DNA of 64,000 nt, taken from positions 19,823 to 83,822 of the forward strand of contig DWVD01000010.1 of NCBI GenBank assembly GCA_019120395.1, in the 5' to 3' direction. This document shows, in pieces, positions 1-9,589 of this stretch; position 1 is the first letter of the stretch, and every line of letters starts with the position of its first letter. The DNA comes from Candidatus Gemmiger faecigallinarum. GTDB lineage: Bacteria > Bacillota > Clostridia > Oscillospirales > Ruminococcaceae. The notes under the pieces were generated by a model that saw nothing but the letters and a program-made list of their open reading frames with translations, made no database searches and was not told the origin of the DNA. The translations under genes were made by a program, and so were the position numbers.

Positions 1-2
1 TG

Positions 3-401
3 GCTGGCATCGAGAAGAATCTGGACGCCCTGCACGACTTGAATGTGGCCATCCCGGACGCCCGGCTTTCGGCCGAGATGGACCGCATGGAACGGGCCGG
101 CTGGGGTATCCTGCAGGCCATCGAGGCGAATCCGGACAAGGCGGGCCAGATCGACCGCTTTGCCCGGTATTATCTGCCGGAAGTGGTCAAGATCATGGCC
201 GCCTACGCCCGCATGGAGCAGGGCGGCATCAAGGGCGACAACGCCGACCAGATCCAGTCCGAGGTCCGCGCCAACGCCGCCACCATGGCCACCGCCTTTG
301 AAAACCAGCTGGACAGCCTGTATTCCGCCGAGGCCATGGACATCAGCACCGACATCCAGGTGCTGGATACCATCCTGAAAAGCCAGAACCTTGCCGACTG
401 A
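3..401 (+). CDS. XpaC-like (5-bromo-4-chloroindolyl phosphate hydrolysis family) protein, 5'-truncated by window edge
   Basis: Frame is open from base 3. Motifs IDRFARYYLPEVVKIM and DISTDIQVLDTIL; sits directly upstream of telA/yaaN as in the xpaC-yaaN pair. Confidence 0.75.
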   Translation, partial: AGIEKNLDALHDLNVAIPDARLSAEMDRMERAGWGILQAIEANPDKAGQIDRFARYYLPEVVKIMAAYARMEQGGIKGDNADQIQSEVRANAATMATAFENQLDSLYSAEAMDISTDIQVLDTILKSQNLAD

Positions 402-535
402 GCCGCCCCGACGCGGGCGGCAGTCTGCGCTACAAAACGTATAATCCGAAAAAAACAATACAGAACGGCGCAAACAGAATGACGCTTGCGGCCAAAACAG
501 CCCCAATACAGCCAAAGAAAGGATGGAATCTTCCC

Positions 536-1714
536 ATGAACGACCAGGATTTTGATCTGAATGTCCCTGCCGCGCCCAGCCTGACGCTGGACGCCGCCCC
601 CGCCCCCAGCCTGACGCTGGACCCTGCCGCCGACGAGGCCGTGGTGGAGGAGGCCAAAAAGCCCACCCCCGCCAAGGTGGAGGACACCCCTCTGTCGCCG
701 GAAGAGCAGCAGATGGTGGACGACTTTGCCAAAAAGATCGACATCACCAACAGCCAGATGGTGCTGCAGTACGGCGCCGCCAGCCAGAAAAAGCTCAGCG
801 ACTTTTCGGACAACGCGCTGTCCCGCGTCAAGACCAAGGACATGGGCGAGACCGGCGAGCTGATCACCAACCTGATCACCGAGCTGAAGGGCTTTGACGC
901 CACCGAGAAGGAGGACCGGGGCTTTTTCGGCAACCTGTTCCGCAAGACCCAGTATAACATCGAGTCGATGAAGACCCGGTACGAGAAAGCCGACGTCAAC
1001 GTCGAGCGCATCAAGGCCCAGCTGGAGGACCACCAGGTGGTGCTGATGAAGGACATCACCATGCTGGACAAGATGTACCAGCTGAACCTGGTCTATTTCA
1101 AAGAGCTGACCATGTATATCCTGGCCGGCAAGAAAAAGCTGGAGGAAGTGCGCGGCGGCGAGCTGAAGGAGGCCAACGCCAAGGCCCAGCGCACCCAGCT
1201 GCCGGAGGACGCTCAGGCCGCCCGCGACCTGGCCGACATGTGCGACCGCTTTGAGAAAAAGCTGTACGACCTGCAGCTGACCCGCAACATCAGCATCCAG
1301 ATGGGCCCCCAGATCCGGCTGATCCAGGCCAACGACACCATGATGGCCGAGAAGATCCAGACCACCATTGTCAACACCATCCCGCTGTGGAAAAACCAGA
1401 TGGTGCTGGCCCTGGGCATGGCCCACAGCCAGCAGGCCATGGAGGCCGAGCGCGCCGTCACCGACGCCACCAATGAGCTGCTGCGCAAAAACGCCGCCGC
1501 CCTCAAGCAGGGCACCATCGACATCGCCAAGGAGTCCGAGCGCGGCGTGGTGGACATCGAGACCCTCAAGCAGACCAACCAGGAGCTGATCAACACGCTG
1601 GACGAGCTGAACAAGATCCGCGCCGACGGCAAAGCCAAGCGCACCGCGGCCGAGCAGGAGCTGGGCCGCATCGAAGGCGAGCTGCGCGCCAAGCTGATGG
1701 AGAGCACAAAGTAA
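536..1714 (+). CDS. Toxic anion resistance protein (TelA/YaaN family)
   Basis: VLQYGAASQKKLSDFSD, QMGPQIRLIQ and NTIPLWKNQMVLALG motifs; ATG at 536 after AAAGGA; N-terminal APSLTLD duplication. Confidence 0.9.
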   Translation: MNDQDFDLNVPAAPSLTLDAAPAPSLTLDPAADEAVVEEAKKPTPAKVEDTPLSPEEQQMVDDFAKKIDITNSQMVLQYGAASQKKLSDFSDNALSRVKTKDMGETGELITNLITELKGFDATEKEDRGFFGNLFRKTQYNIESMKTRYEKADVNVERIKAQLEDHQVVLMKDITMLDKMYQLNLVYFKELTMYILAGKKKLEEVRGGELKEANAKAQRTQLPEDAQAARDLADMCDRFEKKLYDLQLTRNISIQMGPQIRLIQANDTMMAEKIQTTIVNTIPLWKNQMVLALGMAHSQQAMEAERAVTDATNELLRKNAAALKQGTIDIAKESERGVVDIETLKQTNQELINTLDELNKIRADGKAKRTAAEQELGRIEGELRAKLMESTK

Positions 1715-2347
1715 ATGCAGTTAGAACAACAGGAGAGCTTCCGCATCGAGGGGCCGCAGCTGGAAGTGTTCGGCCAGATCGAATCCAAACTGCCCGCCCC
1801 GGCCAAAAAGCGCCCCGCCGCCGTCCTTGCCATTGTGCTGGCGGCGCTGGTGGCGGTGTTCGGCATCGGCGGGGCCAGGCTGAGCGGACAGTACCGGCAG
1901 ACCCGGGCCATCTATTCGTCCACCAACGAGCACGGCCAGGGCATGGCGGGGGATCTGGCGGCGCGGGCCGACGCGGCCGCCAACCTGATCCGCCTGTGCG
2001 GCCAGGCGCTGGGCGAGGACGACGCCACCGTGCAGGCGGCCCAGGCCGCGCTGGACGGTTGGAACGCAGCGGCCGATGCCGGCGGTCCCGCCGACCAGTT
2101 TGCGGCCAACACCGCACTGGGCGGGGCGGTCACCGCCATGTACCAGCAGACCGACGCCGCCGGCGGCGTGACCGAGGCCATGGACGGCCAGTATACCGAG
2201 TTTCTGTCCCGGCAGGACATCATCCTGCGCACCGCCGCCAACGACTACAACCCGGCGGCCCAGGAGTATAACGATACCGTCTCCGGCTTCCCGGCCAATG
2301 TGATCGGGCTGCTGTGGGGCGCAGGGGAGGTGCAGCTGTTCCAATGA
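1715..2347 (+). CDS. LemA-like membrane-anchored protein
   Basis: One TM segment and a C-terminal YNPAAQEYNDTVSGFPANVIG LemA-type signature; abuts the telA stop. Confidence 0.65.
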   Translation: MQLEQQESFRIEGPQLEVFGQIESKLPAPAKKRPAAVLAIVLAALVAVFGIGGARLSGQYRQTRAIYSSTNEHGQGMAGDLAARADAAANLIRLCGQALGEDDATVQAAQAALDGWNAAADAGGPADQFAANTALGGAVTAMYQQTDAAGGVTEAMDGQYTEFLSRQDIILRTAANDYNPAAQEYNDTVSGFPANVIGLLWGAGEVQLFQ

Positions 2348-3294
2348 ACCGGACGTTCAAACGCGCGGCCTCCGTTTTGCTGGCGCTTGCCTGCGCGGCC
2401 GGCGCGGCGGTCTCCGCCGCCGCAGCCGCGCCGGAAGTGGATACCAGCAAGGCGGTCATCGACAACGCCGGCATCCTCTCGGCCGAGACGGAGGACATTG
2501 TCACCAACCTCTCCAGCGCGCTCAGTGATACCTGCGGCGCCCAGATCGGCGTCTACACGGTGGATCAGGTGGGCAATACCACCATCGAGGGCTATGCCTA
2601 CGAGGTGTTCAACGCCTGGGGGCTGGGCGACGAATCCAAGGACAATGGTGTCCTGCTGCTTCTGGTGCCCGGCGACGACAATTACTGGGCCATGCAGGGC
2701 TCCGGCCTGGAGACGCGCCTGCCCAGCAGCACGCTGAGCAGTATCCTGGCCGACGATATGGAGCCCAGCTGGCTGCAGCAGGATTACGACGCCGGCACCC
2801 GGGCCACGGTCCAGACGTTGGCAGACGAACTTTGCACCATCTATGGCGTTTCCATGGATGTGGACGCCGTTGCCTCCGGTGACTTTACTTCCATCGGCGG
2901 CAGCGCAGCCCGTCAGGAAGGAGGGTTCCCCGTTATGGGCGTCGTTATTTTGATCCTTGTGCTGGTCATCGCGCTGGCGGCCATCCTGGCGCCCCGTTTC
3001 CGGGGGCCTGGCCCCCGCCCTGGTCCCGGTCCCGGCTACTACGGCAGGCCGCGGCGCACCTTCTTCTTTTTCGGCGTTCCGCGGCCCCCGCGTCCGCCCC
3101 GCCCGCCGCGGCCTCCCCGCGGCCCCGGCGGTTACGGCTACGGCGCGCCCCGGCCGCCCCGCGGCGGTTATGGCGGCCCTCGTCCCGGCCCGCGTCCGGG
3201 CGGCGGCGCGCGTCCCGGCGGTTCCCGCCCGGGCGGCAGCTTCCGGGCGGGGGGCGGTTCCTCCCGCGGCGGCGGCGCCGGACGCCGGCACTGA
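2344..3294 (+). CDS. TPM domain-containing membrane protein with Pro/Gly/Arg-rich tail
   Basis: Signal peptide, VIDNAGILS...WGLGDESKDNGVLLLL...GSGLE TPM motifs, TM helix and GGGSSRGGGAGR tail; ATGA overlap with lemA. Confidence 0.85.
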   Translation: MNRTFKRAASVLLALACAAGAAVSAAAAAPEVDTSKAVIDNAGILSAETEDIVTNLSSALSDTCGAQIGVYTVDQVGNTTIEGYAYEVFNAWGLGDESKDNGVLLLLVPGDDNYWAMQGSGLETRLPSSTLSSILADDMEPSWLQQDYDAGTRATVQTLADELCTIYGVSMDVDAVASGDFTSIGGSAARQEGGFPVMGVVILILVLVIALAAILAPRFRGPGPRPGPGPGYYGRPRRTFFFFGVPRPPRPPRPPRPPRGPGGYGYGAPRPPRGGYGGPRPGPRPGGGARPGGSRPGGSFRAGGGSSRGGGAGRRH

Positions 3295-3380
3295 GCAGCA
3301 GGATCTGATCTGCCGCTTGTTTCAGCTTTTGCAGAGGAAAAGTTCCGGCGGGCCAGCCCGGCGGAGAAAGAGGTTTGTAT

Positions 3381-3833
3381 ATGCTGGACCAGGCATTTTA
3401 CCAGGTTTATACCAAGTTCAAGCTGCACTTTTATCAAAAAGTGTTCAGCCGCTTTGAGAACCGCGAAGCCACCCTGACCACGGTGGAGTCCTTTTGCATG
3501 GAAGGCATCATGGCGCTGGGCAGCCCCACCATCGCCCAGTTTGCGCAGGTCATGCACATTTCCACCCCCAATGCCAGCTACAAGATCAACAGCCTGATCA
3601 AAAAGGGCTATGTGGAAAAAGTCCGCTCCGAGACCGACCGGCGCGAGTATTACCTGCGCCCCACCAAAAAGTACATGGATTATTACAGCATCAGCTACGC
3701 GTACCTGCAAACGGTGATGGACCGCATCAAGGTGCGGTTCCCCGCCGAGGACGTGGCCAAGCTGGACGAGATGCTGAACGTCATCGGCAACGAGCTGATG
3801 CCGGAGATCTCCATCCCGGAAGAACGGGCCTGA
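3381..3833 (+). CDS. MarR-family transcriptional regulator
   Basis: wHTH with PNASYKINSLIKKGYVEK..SETDRREYYL. Confidence 0.8.
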   Translation: MLDQAFYQVYTKFKLHFYQKVFSRFENREATLTTVESFCMEGIMALGSPTIAQFAQVMHISTPNASYKINSLIKKGYVEKVRSETDRREYYLRPTKKYMDYYSISYAYLQTVMDRIKVRFPAEDVAKLDEMLNVIGNELMPEISIPEERA

Positions 3834-3862
3834 CGGGCGGCCGCGCCGCCCCGCGCCCCTGC

Positions 3863-3895
3863 CCCCCGCCTGCGCAGCGCAGGCGGGGGCGTTTT
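3863..3895 (+). terminator. Intrinsic terminator after marR
   Basis: CCCCCGCCTGCGC/GCGCAGGCGGGGG stem followed by TTTT. Confidence 0.6.
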
Positions 3896-4035
3896 GTCGT
3901 TTTTGCCCGTTTTTTACAATCCGTTGCGTTTTTTGCGGCGCGGGTCTATAATAACAAATGTGTGGCGCACAGCGGGGGCCCTGCGCCGTGCGCCCCGGAA
4001 TTTTGCGGAAAAACAGGAAAAAGGAGCGTTTTGGT

Positions 4036-5412
4036 GTGAAAAGAGAAAACTTCAAGTCCCGGCTGGGCTTTATCCTGGTCAGCGCGGGCTGCGCCATCGG
4101 CATCGGCAATGTGTGGCGGTTCCCCACCATCACCGGCGAAAACGGCGGCGGTGTGTTTGTGCTGTTCTATCTGCTGTCCCTGATCTGCATGGGCATCCCC
4201 ATTTTGACCATGGAGCTGGCGGTGGGCCGCGCCGGCCGTGCCAGCGCCGGGGCCGCCTACCGCAAACTGGAGCCTGCCGGCACCAAATGGCACTGGCACG
4301 GCTGGGCCTGCCTGATCGGCTGCGTTGTGCTGATGATGTATTACACCACCGTCAACGGCTGGATGATCAGCTACTTTGTCAAGTTCCTTACCGGCACCTT
4401 TGAGGGGCTGAACGCCGACCAGGTGCCCCAGGTGTTCGGCCAGATGCTGGCCGACCCGATGGAGATGGGCTTCTGGATGGTGCTTACCGTCATTGCCGGT
4501 TTTATCGTCTGCAGCTTCGGCCTGCAAAAGGGGCTGGAGCGCATCAGCAAATGGATGATGATCGCGCTGCTGGTGCTCATTGTTGTGCTGGCCGTGCACA
4601 GCCTGACCCTGCCCGGCGCGGGCGAGGGCCTGTCCTTCTACCTGCTGCCGGACTGGGACCGCGCCATGGAGCAGGGCATCGGCAATGTCATTGTGGCAGC
4701 CATGAACCAGTCCTTCTTCACCCTCAGCCTGGGCATCGGCGCCATGGAAATCTTCGGCAGCTATATGACCCGCGACCACGCCCTGGCCGGCGAGGCCGCC
4801 CGCATCTGTGTGCTGGACACCTTTGTGGCCGTCTGCTCCGGCCTGATCATCTTCCCGGCCTGCTTCACCTTCGGCGTCTCGCCGGATTCGGGGCCGAGCC
4901 TGATCTTCCAGACGCTGCCCAACGTCTTTACCAACATTGCCGGCGGCCGGGTCTGGGGCGCGCTGTTCTTTGTGTTTATGACCTTTGCCAGCTTTTCCAC
5001 TGTGCTGGCGGTGTTTGAAAATATCATCGCCTGCGCCATGGATATGTTCGGCGTCACCCGCAAACAGGCCAGCATCGGCGGCGTTTTCGCCATGATCCTG
5101 CTGGGCCTGCCCTGTGTGCTGGGCTACAACGTCTGGTCCGGCTTCGCCCCGCTGGGCGAGGGCACCGCGGTGCTGGACCTGGAAGACTTTATCGTCTCCA
5201 ACCTGCTGCTGCCGCTGGGCAGCATCGTCTATCTGCTGTTCTGCGTCAGCCGCTGGGGCTGGGGCTTCGACAACTATATCAAGGAAGCCAACGACGGCCA
5301 GGGCGCCAAGCTGCCCCGCGCCCTCAAGCCCTATTTCCAGTTCGTGCTGCCCATCCTGATCCTTGTCATTCTGGTGCAGGGGCTGATCCCCTACGTCGCA
5401 AGGCTGCTGTGA
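4036..5412 (+). CDS. Sodium-dependent transporter (NSS/SNF family)
   Basis: SRLGFILVSAGCAIGIGNVWRFP, QSFFTLSLGIG and GPSLIF motifs; GTG start after AAGGAG. Confidence 0.92.
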   Translation: MKRENFKSRLGFILVSAGCAIGIGNVWRFPTITGENGGGVFVLFYLLSLICMGIPILTMELAVGRAGRASAGAAYRKLEPAGTKWHWHGWACLIGCVVLMMYYTTVNGWMISYFVKFLTGTFEGLNADQVPQVFGQMLADPMEMGFWMVLTVIAGFIVCSFGLQKGLERISKWMMIALLVLIVVLAVHSLTLPGAGEGLSFYLLPDWDRAMEQGIGNVIVAAMNQSFFTLSLGIGAMEIFGSYMTRDHALAGEAARICVLDTFVAVCSGLIIFPACFTFGVSPDSGPSLIFQTLPNVFTNIAGGRVWGALFFVFMTFASFSTVLAVFENIIACAMDMFGVTRKQASIGGVFAMILLGLPCVLGYNVWSGFAPLGEGTAVLDLEDFIVSNLLLPLGSIVYLLFCVSRWGWGFDNYIKEANDGQGAKLPRALKPYFQFVLPILILVILVQGLIPYVARLL

Positions 5413-5472
5413 CGCGCGCCTTGCCGGCGCAGGCCGCACAGGCCCCCCGGTCTGCTTTTTGCCATTTGAATC

Positions 5473-5520
5473 AAAACCGCCCGGCGGGGACGCAGGTTGC
5501 TCCCCGCCGGGCGGTTTTTT
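5473..5520 (+). terminator. Intrinsic terminator
   Basis: AAAACCGCCCGGCGGGGA...TCCCCGCCGGGCGGTTTTTT. Confidence 0.75.
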
Positions 5521-5547
5521 GTGCGGAACATTGTAAAACGAAAAGAA

Positions 5548-5601
5548 TTTATTGAAAAACAATAAAAACAGCTTGAAAAACGATAAGCCGCGTGCTATAC
5601 T
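5548..5601 (+). promoter_or_regulatory. sigA promoter with palindromic operator upstream of the DUF2975 gene
   Basis: TTGAAA(5573)-N17-TATACT(5596). Palindrome TTTATTG-N5-CAATAAA at 5548-5566, with a second degenerate copy over the -35. Confidence 0.65.
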
Positions 5602-5648
5602 GCAAACATACCTGCAAACATACCAAACCAACAAAGGAGGGCTGCCCC

Positions 5649-6140
5649 ATGTCAAACCGACCCGGGGATCCCCGCAGGCCGTTCTGGGACGACCGCAAAA
5701 GCATCCAGCTGACCCGCATCGTGACGGCGGCGGTGTTTGCCGCCTGCATCGTCATCGCCTTTCTGGGGCCGGGCATTGTGGACTGGCTCATCGCCCGGGG
5801 CCGCGTGGCCGTCCAGGGGCCGGCGGTGCGCTGGGTCATGCTGGGGCTGGGCTACCCGCTGGCGGCGCTGGCGCTGTGGATGCTGTACAACCTTTACCGT
5901 TTTCTGACCCGGCTGCAGCAGGGCCAGGTGTTTGTGCCCGCCACCGTGCAGGCGCTGCGGCGCATTGCCTGGTGCTGCGCCATTGCGGCGGCCATCTGTG
6001 TGCCGTCGGGGGCGGTGATCTACTTCCCCTTTGCCTGCATGGGCATTGCGGCGGGCTTTATGGCGCTGATCGTCCATGTCATCAAAAATGCCTTTGAGCA
6101 GGCCGTCAAGATGAAGGACGAACTGGACTACACCGTGTAA
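5649..6140 (+). CDS. DUF2975 family membrane protein
   Basis: Four TM helices, VF..TVQALRRIAW and AFEQAVKMKDELDYTV C-terminus; RBS AAGGAGG. Confidence 0.85.
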   Translation: MSNRPGDPRRPFWDDRKSIQLTRIVTAAVFAACIVIAFLGPGIVDWLIARGRVAVQGPAVRWVMLGLGYPLAALALWMLYNLYRFLTRLQQGQVFVPATVQALRRIAWCCAIAAAICVPSGAVIYFPFACMGIAAGFMALIVHVIKNAFEQAVKMKDELDYTV

Positions 6141-6152
6141 AGGAGCCGCACC

Positions 6153-6389
6153 ATGCCCATCTATGTCAATCTGGACGTGATGATGGCCAGGCGGCACATC
6201 GGCGCGGGGGAGTTGGCCGACCGGGTCGGTATTACGCCCGCCAACCTGTCCATCCTCAAAAACAACAAGGCCAAAGCGGTGCGCTTCTCAACGCTGGAAG
6301 CCCTCTGCCGCGCGCTGGACTGCCAGCCCGGGGACATTCTGGAATATGCCCCCGGCGGGCCGGAAGCCCCGCAGGATACCGGCCGGTAA
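6153..6389 (+). CDS. Xre/Cro HTH regulator (YozG-like)
   Basis: NLDVMMARR..GITPANLSILKNNKAKAVRFSTLEALC..LDCQPGDILEY. Confidence 0.9.
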   Translation: MPIYVNLDVMMARRHIGAGELADRVGITPANLSILKNNKAKAVRFSTLEALCRALDCQPGDILEYAPGGPEAPQDTGR

Positions 6390-6516
6390 GCGGGGCCAGC
6401 CCGCAGGCTGCCGCCGGGCGGCCAAAAGCCCGCGCCGCCGGCCGGGAACGGCCTGCAGCGGACCGGGAACGCTTTGATGACTTAAAATCACGGCTTAAAA
6501 TAAGGAGAAACCGAAT

Positions 6517-8235
6517 ATGGAAGCTACCCCCAAAGAGGGCGCCGGGCGTCCCCTCTATTCCAGTGCGCCCAATTCGCCGGCCGGCGGGCCGTCCGCCGCC
6601 GGCGCTTCCCGCCCTGCGCTGCCGCCGTCCGGCGGGGACGCCGCAAACCCGGCCTGGCGGCCCGGCCCCGGCTTTCTGCCGGCGGCGCTGCTCAGCTACC
6701 CGTTGGTCTGGTTTTACACCCGCTGGGTGCTGTTTGCCGGCACGGACAGCTGCCGGTGGAGCATGCCGGCGTTTGCGGTGCTGTATCTGTTGGGCGTCAG
6801 CCTGCTGGCCCGCGCCCAAACGCGCCCCGCCCTGCGGGAAAGCCTGTTCTGGGCGGTCTGCTGGCTGGTGCAGTGCCTAGCCATCGCACTGTACGGCGCC
6901 CACGACGTGATGTGGCTGTGGCAGTGGCTGGCCTGGCACGCCACCGCCGTCTACTGGACCATGTGCCGCACCGGGATGCTGGCCGCCGGCAAAAGCGGCA
7001 TCTGGACGCCGCTGGACCTGCTGCTGGGCGTCACCGCACTGCCCTGGCGGGATTTCCTGCTGCGGCTGCGGACGCTGTTCCACGGCGCCGCGGCGGGGCT
7101 GCGCCGGGCGGGCAGCGCCAGCCGCAGGCGGATCCTGGGCGTTGCGTTCAGCGTTGCCGTGGCGCTGGTGCTGTGCATGTTTGCCTGGAACCAGCTCGCC
7201 GTTGTGGATGCGACCTTTGCCGGGCTGTTTGACAGGCTGTTCGACTGGCTGAACTGGGGGCCTCTGCTGGACACGGACGTTGCGTTTTACTTTGTGCTCT
7301 CGCTGCCGGTGGGGGCCTGGCTGTTCGGCCTGGCGGGCGGCGGACTGCGCCGCACGGCCCCGCCTGTGCCGGACTCCGCCCTGCAAAAGGCGTTGGCGGT
7401 GCTGCCCCGGTTGCCCGGTTCCACCGGCTATGTGGTGCCGGGGGCGCTGTGCGCGGTCTACACGCTGTTTTTTGCGCTGCAGGCCTGGGAGTTTGCCGCC
7501 GCGCTGGGCAGCGGCGCGCTGACCGCCGCCGCGGCGTCGGACTTTGCGGTCACCGGTTTTTGGGAGCTGTGCAGCATCCTGCTGCTGGACTTTGCGGTGC
7601 TGGCGGCGCTGGAACTGCTGGGCGGGCCGCTGCGCGCGCCGGGCCGACGCCGCGGCCTGCTGACGCTGTTTAATGTGTACGGCCTGGCCTTTGCGCTGCT
7701 GGCTTCGGCCAAGCTGGGGGCTTACATCTGGCTGTACGGCCCCACGCCCCGGCGGGTGCTGTCCGGGTGGTTTTTGGCCGTGCTGACGGTGTGGTGCGCG
7801 CTGGCGCTGGTCTGGCTGTGGCGGCCGGTGCCGGCGGCGCGCATCGGCGTGCTGACGCTGGCGGGCAGCTTTGCGCTGCTGTGCTGCCTGCCGGTGGAAA
7901 AAATCTGCGTGGACGAGAACCTCCGCCGCTACACCGCCGGCCAGATCGAGACGGTGGACACCGCCCTGATGGCACAGTGCGGCAGCGCGCAGGGGCGGAT
8001 GCAGGAATACATCACCCGCCGCCTGCTGGACGCAGGCTGGTTCACGGGCCGGACGGCCGACGAGATCTCGGAGATGTTTTACATCCGCTTTGAGGCCTAT
8101 CGGGATGCGGAACGGCAGGACGGCTCCGGGTATATCCGCCTGTCCGACCTGCCGGGAGAGTCCGCTTATGTGCAGTTGACCTTCCGGGACGGCCTGTGCG
8201 CTGCCGCCGTCCTGCGGACCGAGGGCGCTGCATGA
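6517..8235 (+). CDS. DUF4153/DUF4173 family polytopic membrane protein
   Basis: Multiple TMs; FAVTGFWELC and YIWLYGPTPRRV motifs; typical neighbour of DUF2975/HTH genes. Confidence 0.7.
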   Translation: MEATPKEGAGRPLYSSAPNSPAGGPSAAGASRPALPPSGGDAANPAWRPGPGFLPAALLSYPLVWFYTRWVLFAGTDSCRWSMPAFAVLYLLGVSLLARAQTRPALRESLFWAVCWLVQCLAIALYGAHDVMWLWQWLAWHATAVYWTMCRTGMLAAGKSGIWTPLDLLLGVTALPWRDFLLRLRTLFHGAAAGLRRAGSASRRRILGVAFSVAVALVLCMFAWNQLAVVDATFAGLFDRLFDWLNWGPLLDTDVAFYFVLSLPVGAWLFGLAGGGLRRTAPPVPDSALQKALAVLPRLPGSTGYVVPGALCAVYTLFFALQAWEFAAALGSGALTAAAASDFAVTGFWELCSILLLDFAVLAALELLGGPLRAPGRRRGLLTLFNVYGLAFALLASAKLGAYIWLYGPTPRRVLSGWFLAVLTVWCALALVWLWRPVPAARIGVLTLAGSFALLCCLPVEKICVDENLRRYTAGQIETVDTALMAQCGSAQGRMQEYITRRLLDAGWFTGRTADEISEMFYIRFEAYRDAERQDGSGYIRLSDLPGESAYVQLTFRDGLCAAAVLRTEGAA

Positions 8236-8858
8236 GGCGCCCCGCAGCCGCCGTGGCCGGCATTGCGGCCAGGCTGGCGGGGCTCCAGCTGATCTATACC
8301 GTTTTGCGGCGCCTGCTGCGGCTGGCCGCACCGGAGGGCCTGTTTGCCGAAAGCATGGTGTCCATGGCAGCCATGCTGCTGTTGTTTGCCGTGCTGCGGT
8401 GGGCTGCCCGCCGCACGGGCCGAGACGTGACGCTGCTGCCCGGCCCGCCCCGGCCGGGATTTTGGGCGGCGGCCGCCGGCTTTGGCCTGCTGCTGGCGCT
8501 TACGCTGCTGCCCCAGAACCGCAGTGCGCAGGGCCTGTGGCTGACAGTTTACGGCAGCATCGTTACGCCCTTGTACGAGGAATATCTGTTCCGCGGGCTG
8601 ATCTGGCGCCGGCTGGAGAAGCTGTTTGCCGGCCGGGCGGCGGTGGCTGCGGTCAACGCGGTGCTGTTTGGCCTGTGGCATCTGGGCTATGCGGACTGCG
8701 TTGCCCTGCGGGTGGACGGAGAGTTGGGGCGGGTCATGTTCTGGAAGGTGCTCACCGGCCTGGCCTACGGCGCGGTGCTGGCCGCCGTACGCTGCCGGGT
8801 CCGATGCTGCGGCTGGACGGTGCTTCTGCACGGCGTCATGAACCTGTTCGGGCGCTGA
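8232..8858 (+). CDS. CPBP (CAAX/Abi) intramembrane metalloprotease
   Basis: PLYEEYLFRG, LFGLWH and LHGVMN motifs. Confidence 0.85.
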   Translation: MRRPAAAVAGIAARLAGLQLIYTVLRRLLRLAAPEGLFAESMVSMAAMLLLFAVLRWAARRTGRDVTLLPGPPRPGFWAAAAGFGLLLALTLLPQNRSAQGLWLTVYGSIVTPLYEEYLFRGLIWRRLEKLFAGRAAVAAVNAVLFGLWHLGYADCVALRVDGELGRVMFWKVLTGLAYGAVLAAVRCRVRCCGWTVLLHGVMNLFGR

Positions 8859-8878
8859 CCCACGCCTGCGCCCGCCAC

Positions 8879-8907
8879 TGGACGCCTGCCGCCGCCAAGT
8901 GTATAAT
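8879..8907 (+). promoter_or_regulatory. Probable sigA promoter upstream of the repeat mosaic and tcdA
   Basis: TGGACG-N17-TATAAT. Confidence 0.45.
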
Positions 8908-8914
8908 AGGTGCT

Positions 8915-9520
8915 GCGCAGGGATTTCGGCGGGCCGGAAGGATACTTGCAAGGCCAGGCGCCGCACCCCTCCGCCGCCTGCGGCGGCAGCTCCCCTTACA
9001 GGGGAGGCTTTACGGGCAACTGCCGCTTAAAAAGGCTCCCCTGCAAGGGGAGCTGGATGCGCCGCAAGGCGCAGCCTGAGGGGTGCATTGCCGCCTTGCC
9101 GCGGAGATACCCTGCAAAGCCCGGCAGAACCCTGCCCTGTGCTTCGCAGGGGACGATCTCCGCGCTAAGAGCCGGCACTTCGTACCGGCTGCGCTCTGAA
9201 ACGCCGCCTGCAGGCGGCAGTGCTCGCATCGTCCCGCCGAACCTTACGCCCGGCCTGCCGTCCCCGTTCCACCGCCCGTTTGCCTTGCATTGTAGGGCGG
9301 GCGTTCACGCCCGCCGGGGAAGTTTGCGGCGGGTGGAACATTTCGGTTTTGCACAGACGCTGCCCCGCAAAGCCCTGCGATGCCGCAAACCCCAAGCGGC
9401 GGGCGAAAACGCCCGCCCTACAAAGTCCCCGCAAGCGGACGGCGGCACACAAACGTCAGCCGACCGCCAGGCCCGCCGGCGGGCAGATGCAAACCATCGG
9501 CCCCTACGCAGGGGGGCGGC
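8915..9520. repeat. Mosaic REP-like palindromic repeat cluster 1
   Basis: Unit A (CCCTC..hairpin..CAGCTCCCCTT.CAGGGGAG) at 8958-9011 and inverted at 9032-9086. GTAGGG-type units at 9291-9316, inverted at 9397-9422, and at 9481-9507. Confidence 0.8.
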
Positions 9521-9589
9521 CGTTTGCCCCGCACCAGCGCCCAAACGCCCCGCCCCAAACCATTCCCCAACCAACGGAGGTACCCCGCT

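Noticed and set aside
2995-3290. Pro/Gly/Arg repeats as a DNA repeat or phase-variable tract
   Set aside because: Ordinary low-complexity tail of TPM proteins; no exact tandem DNA unit.
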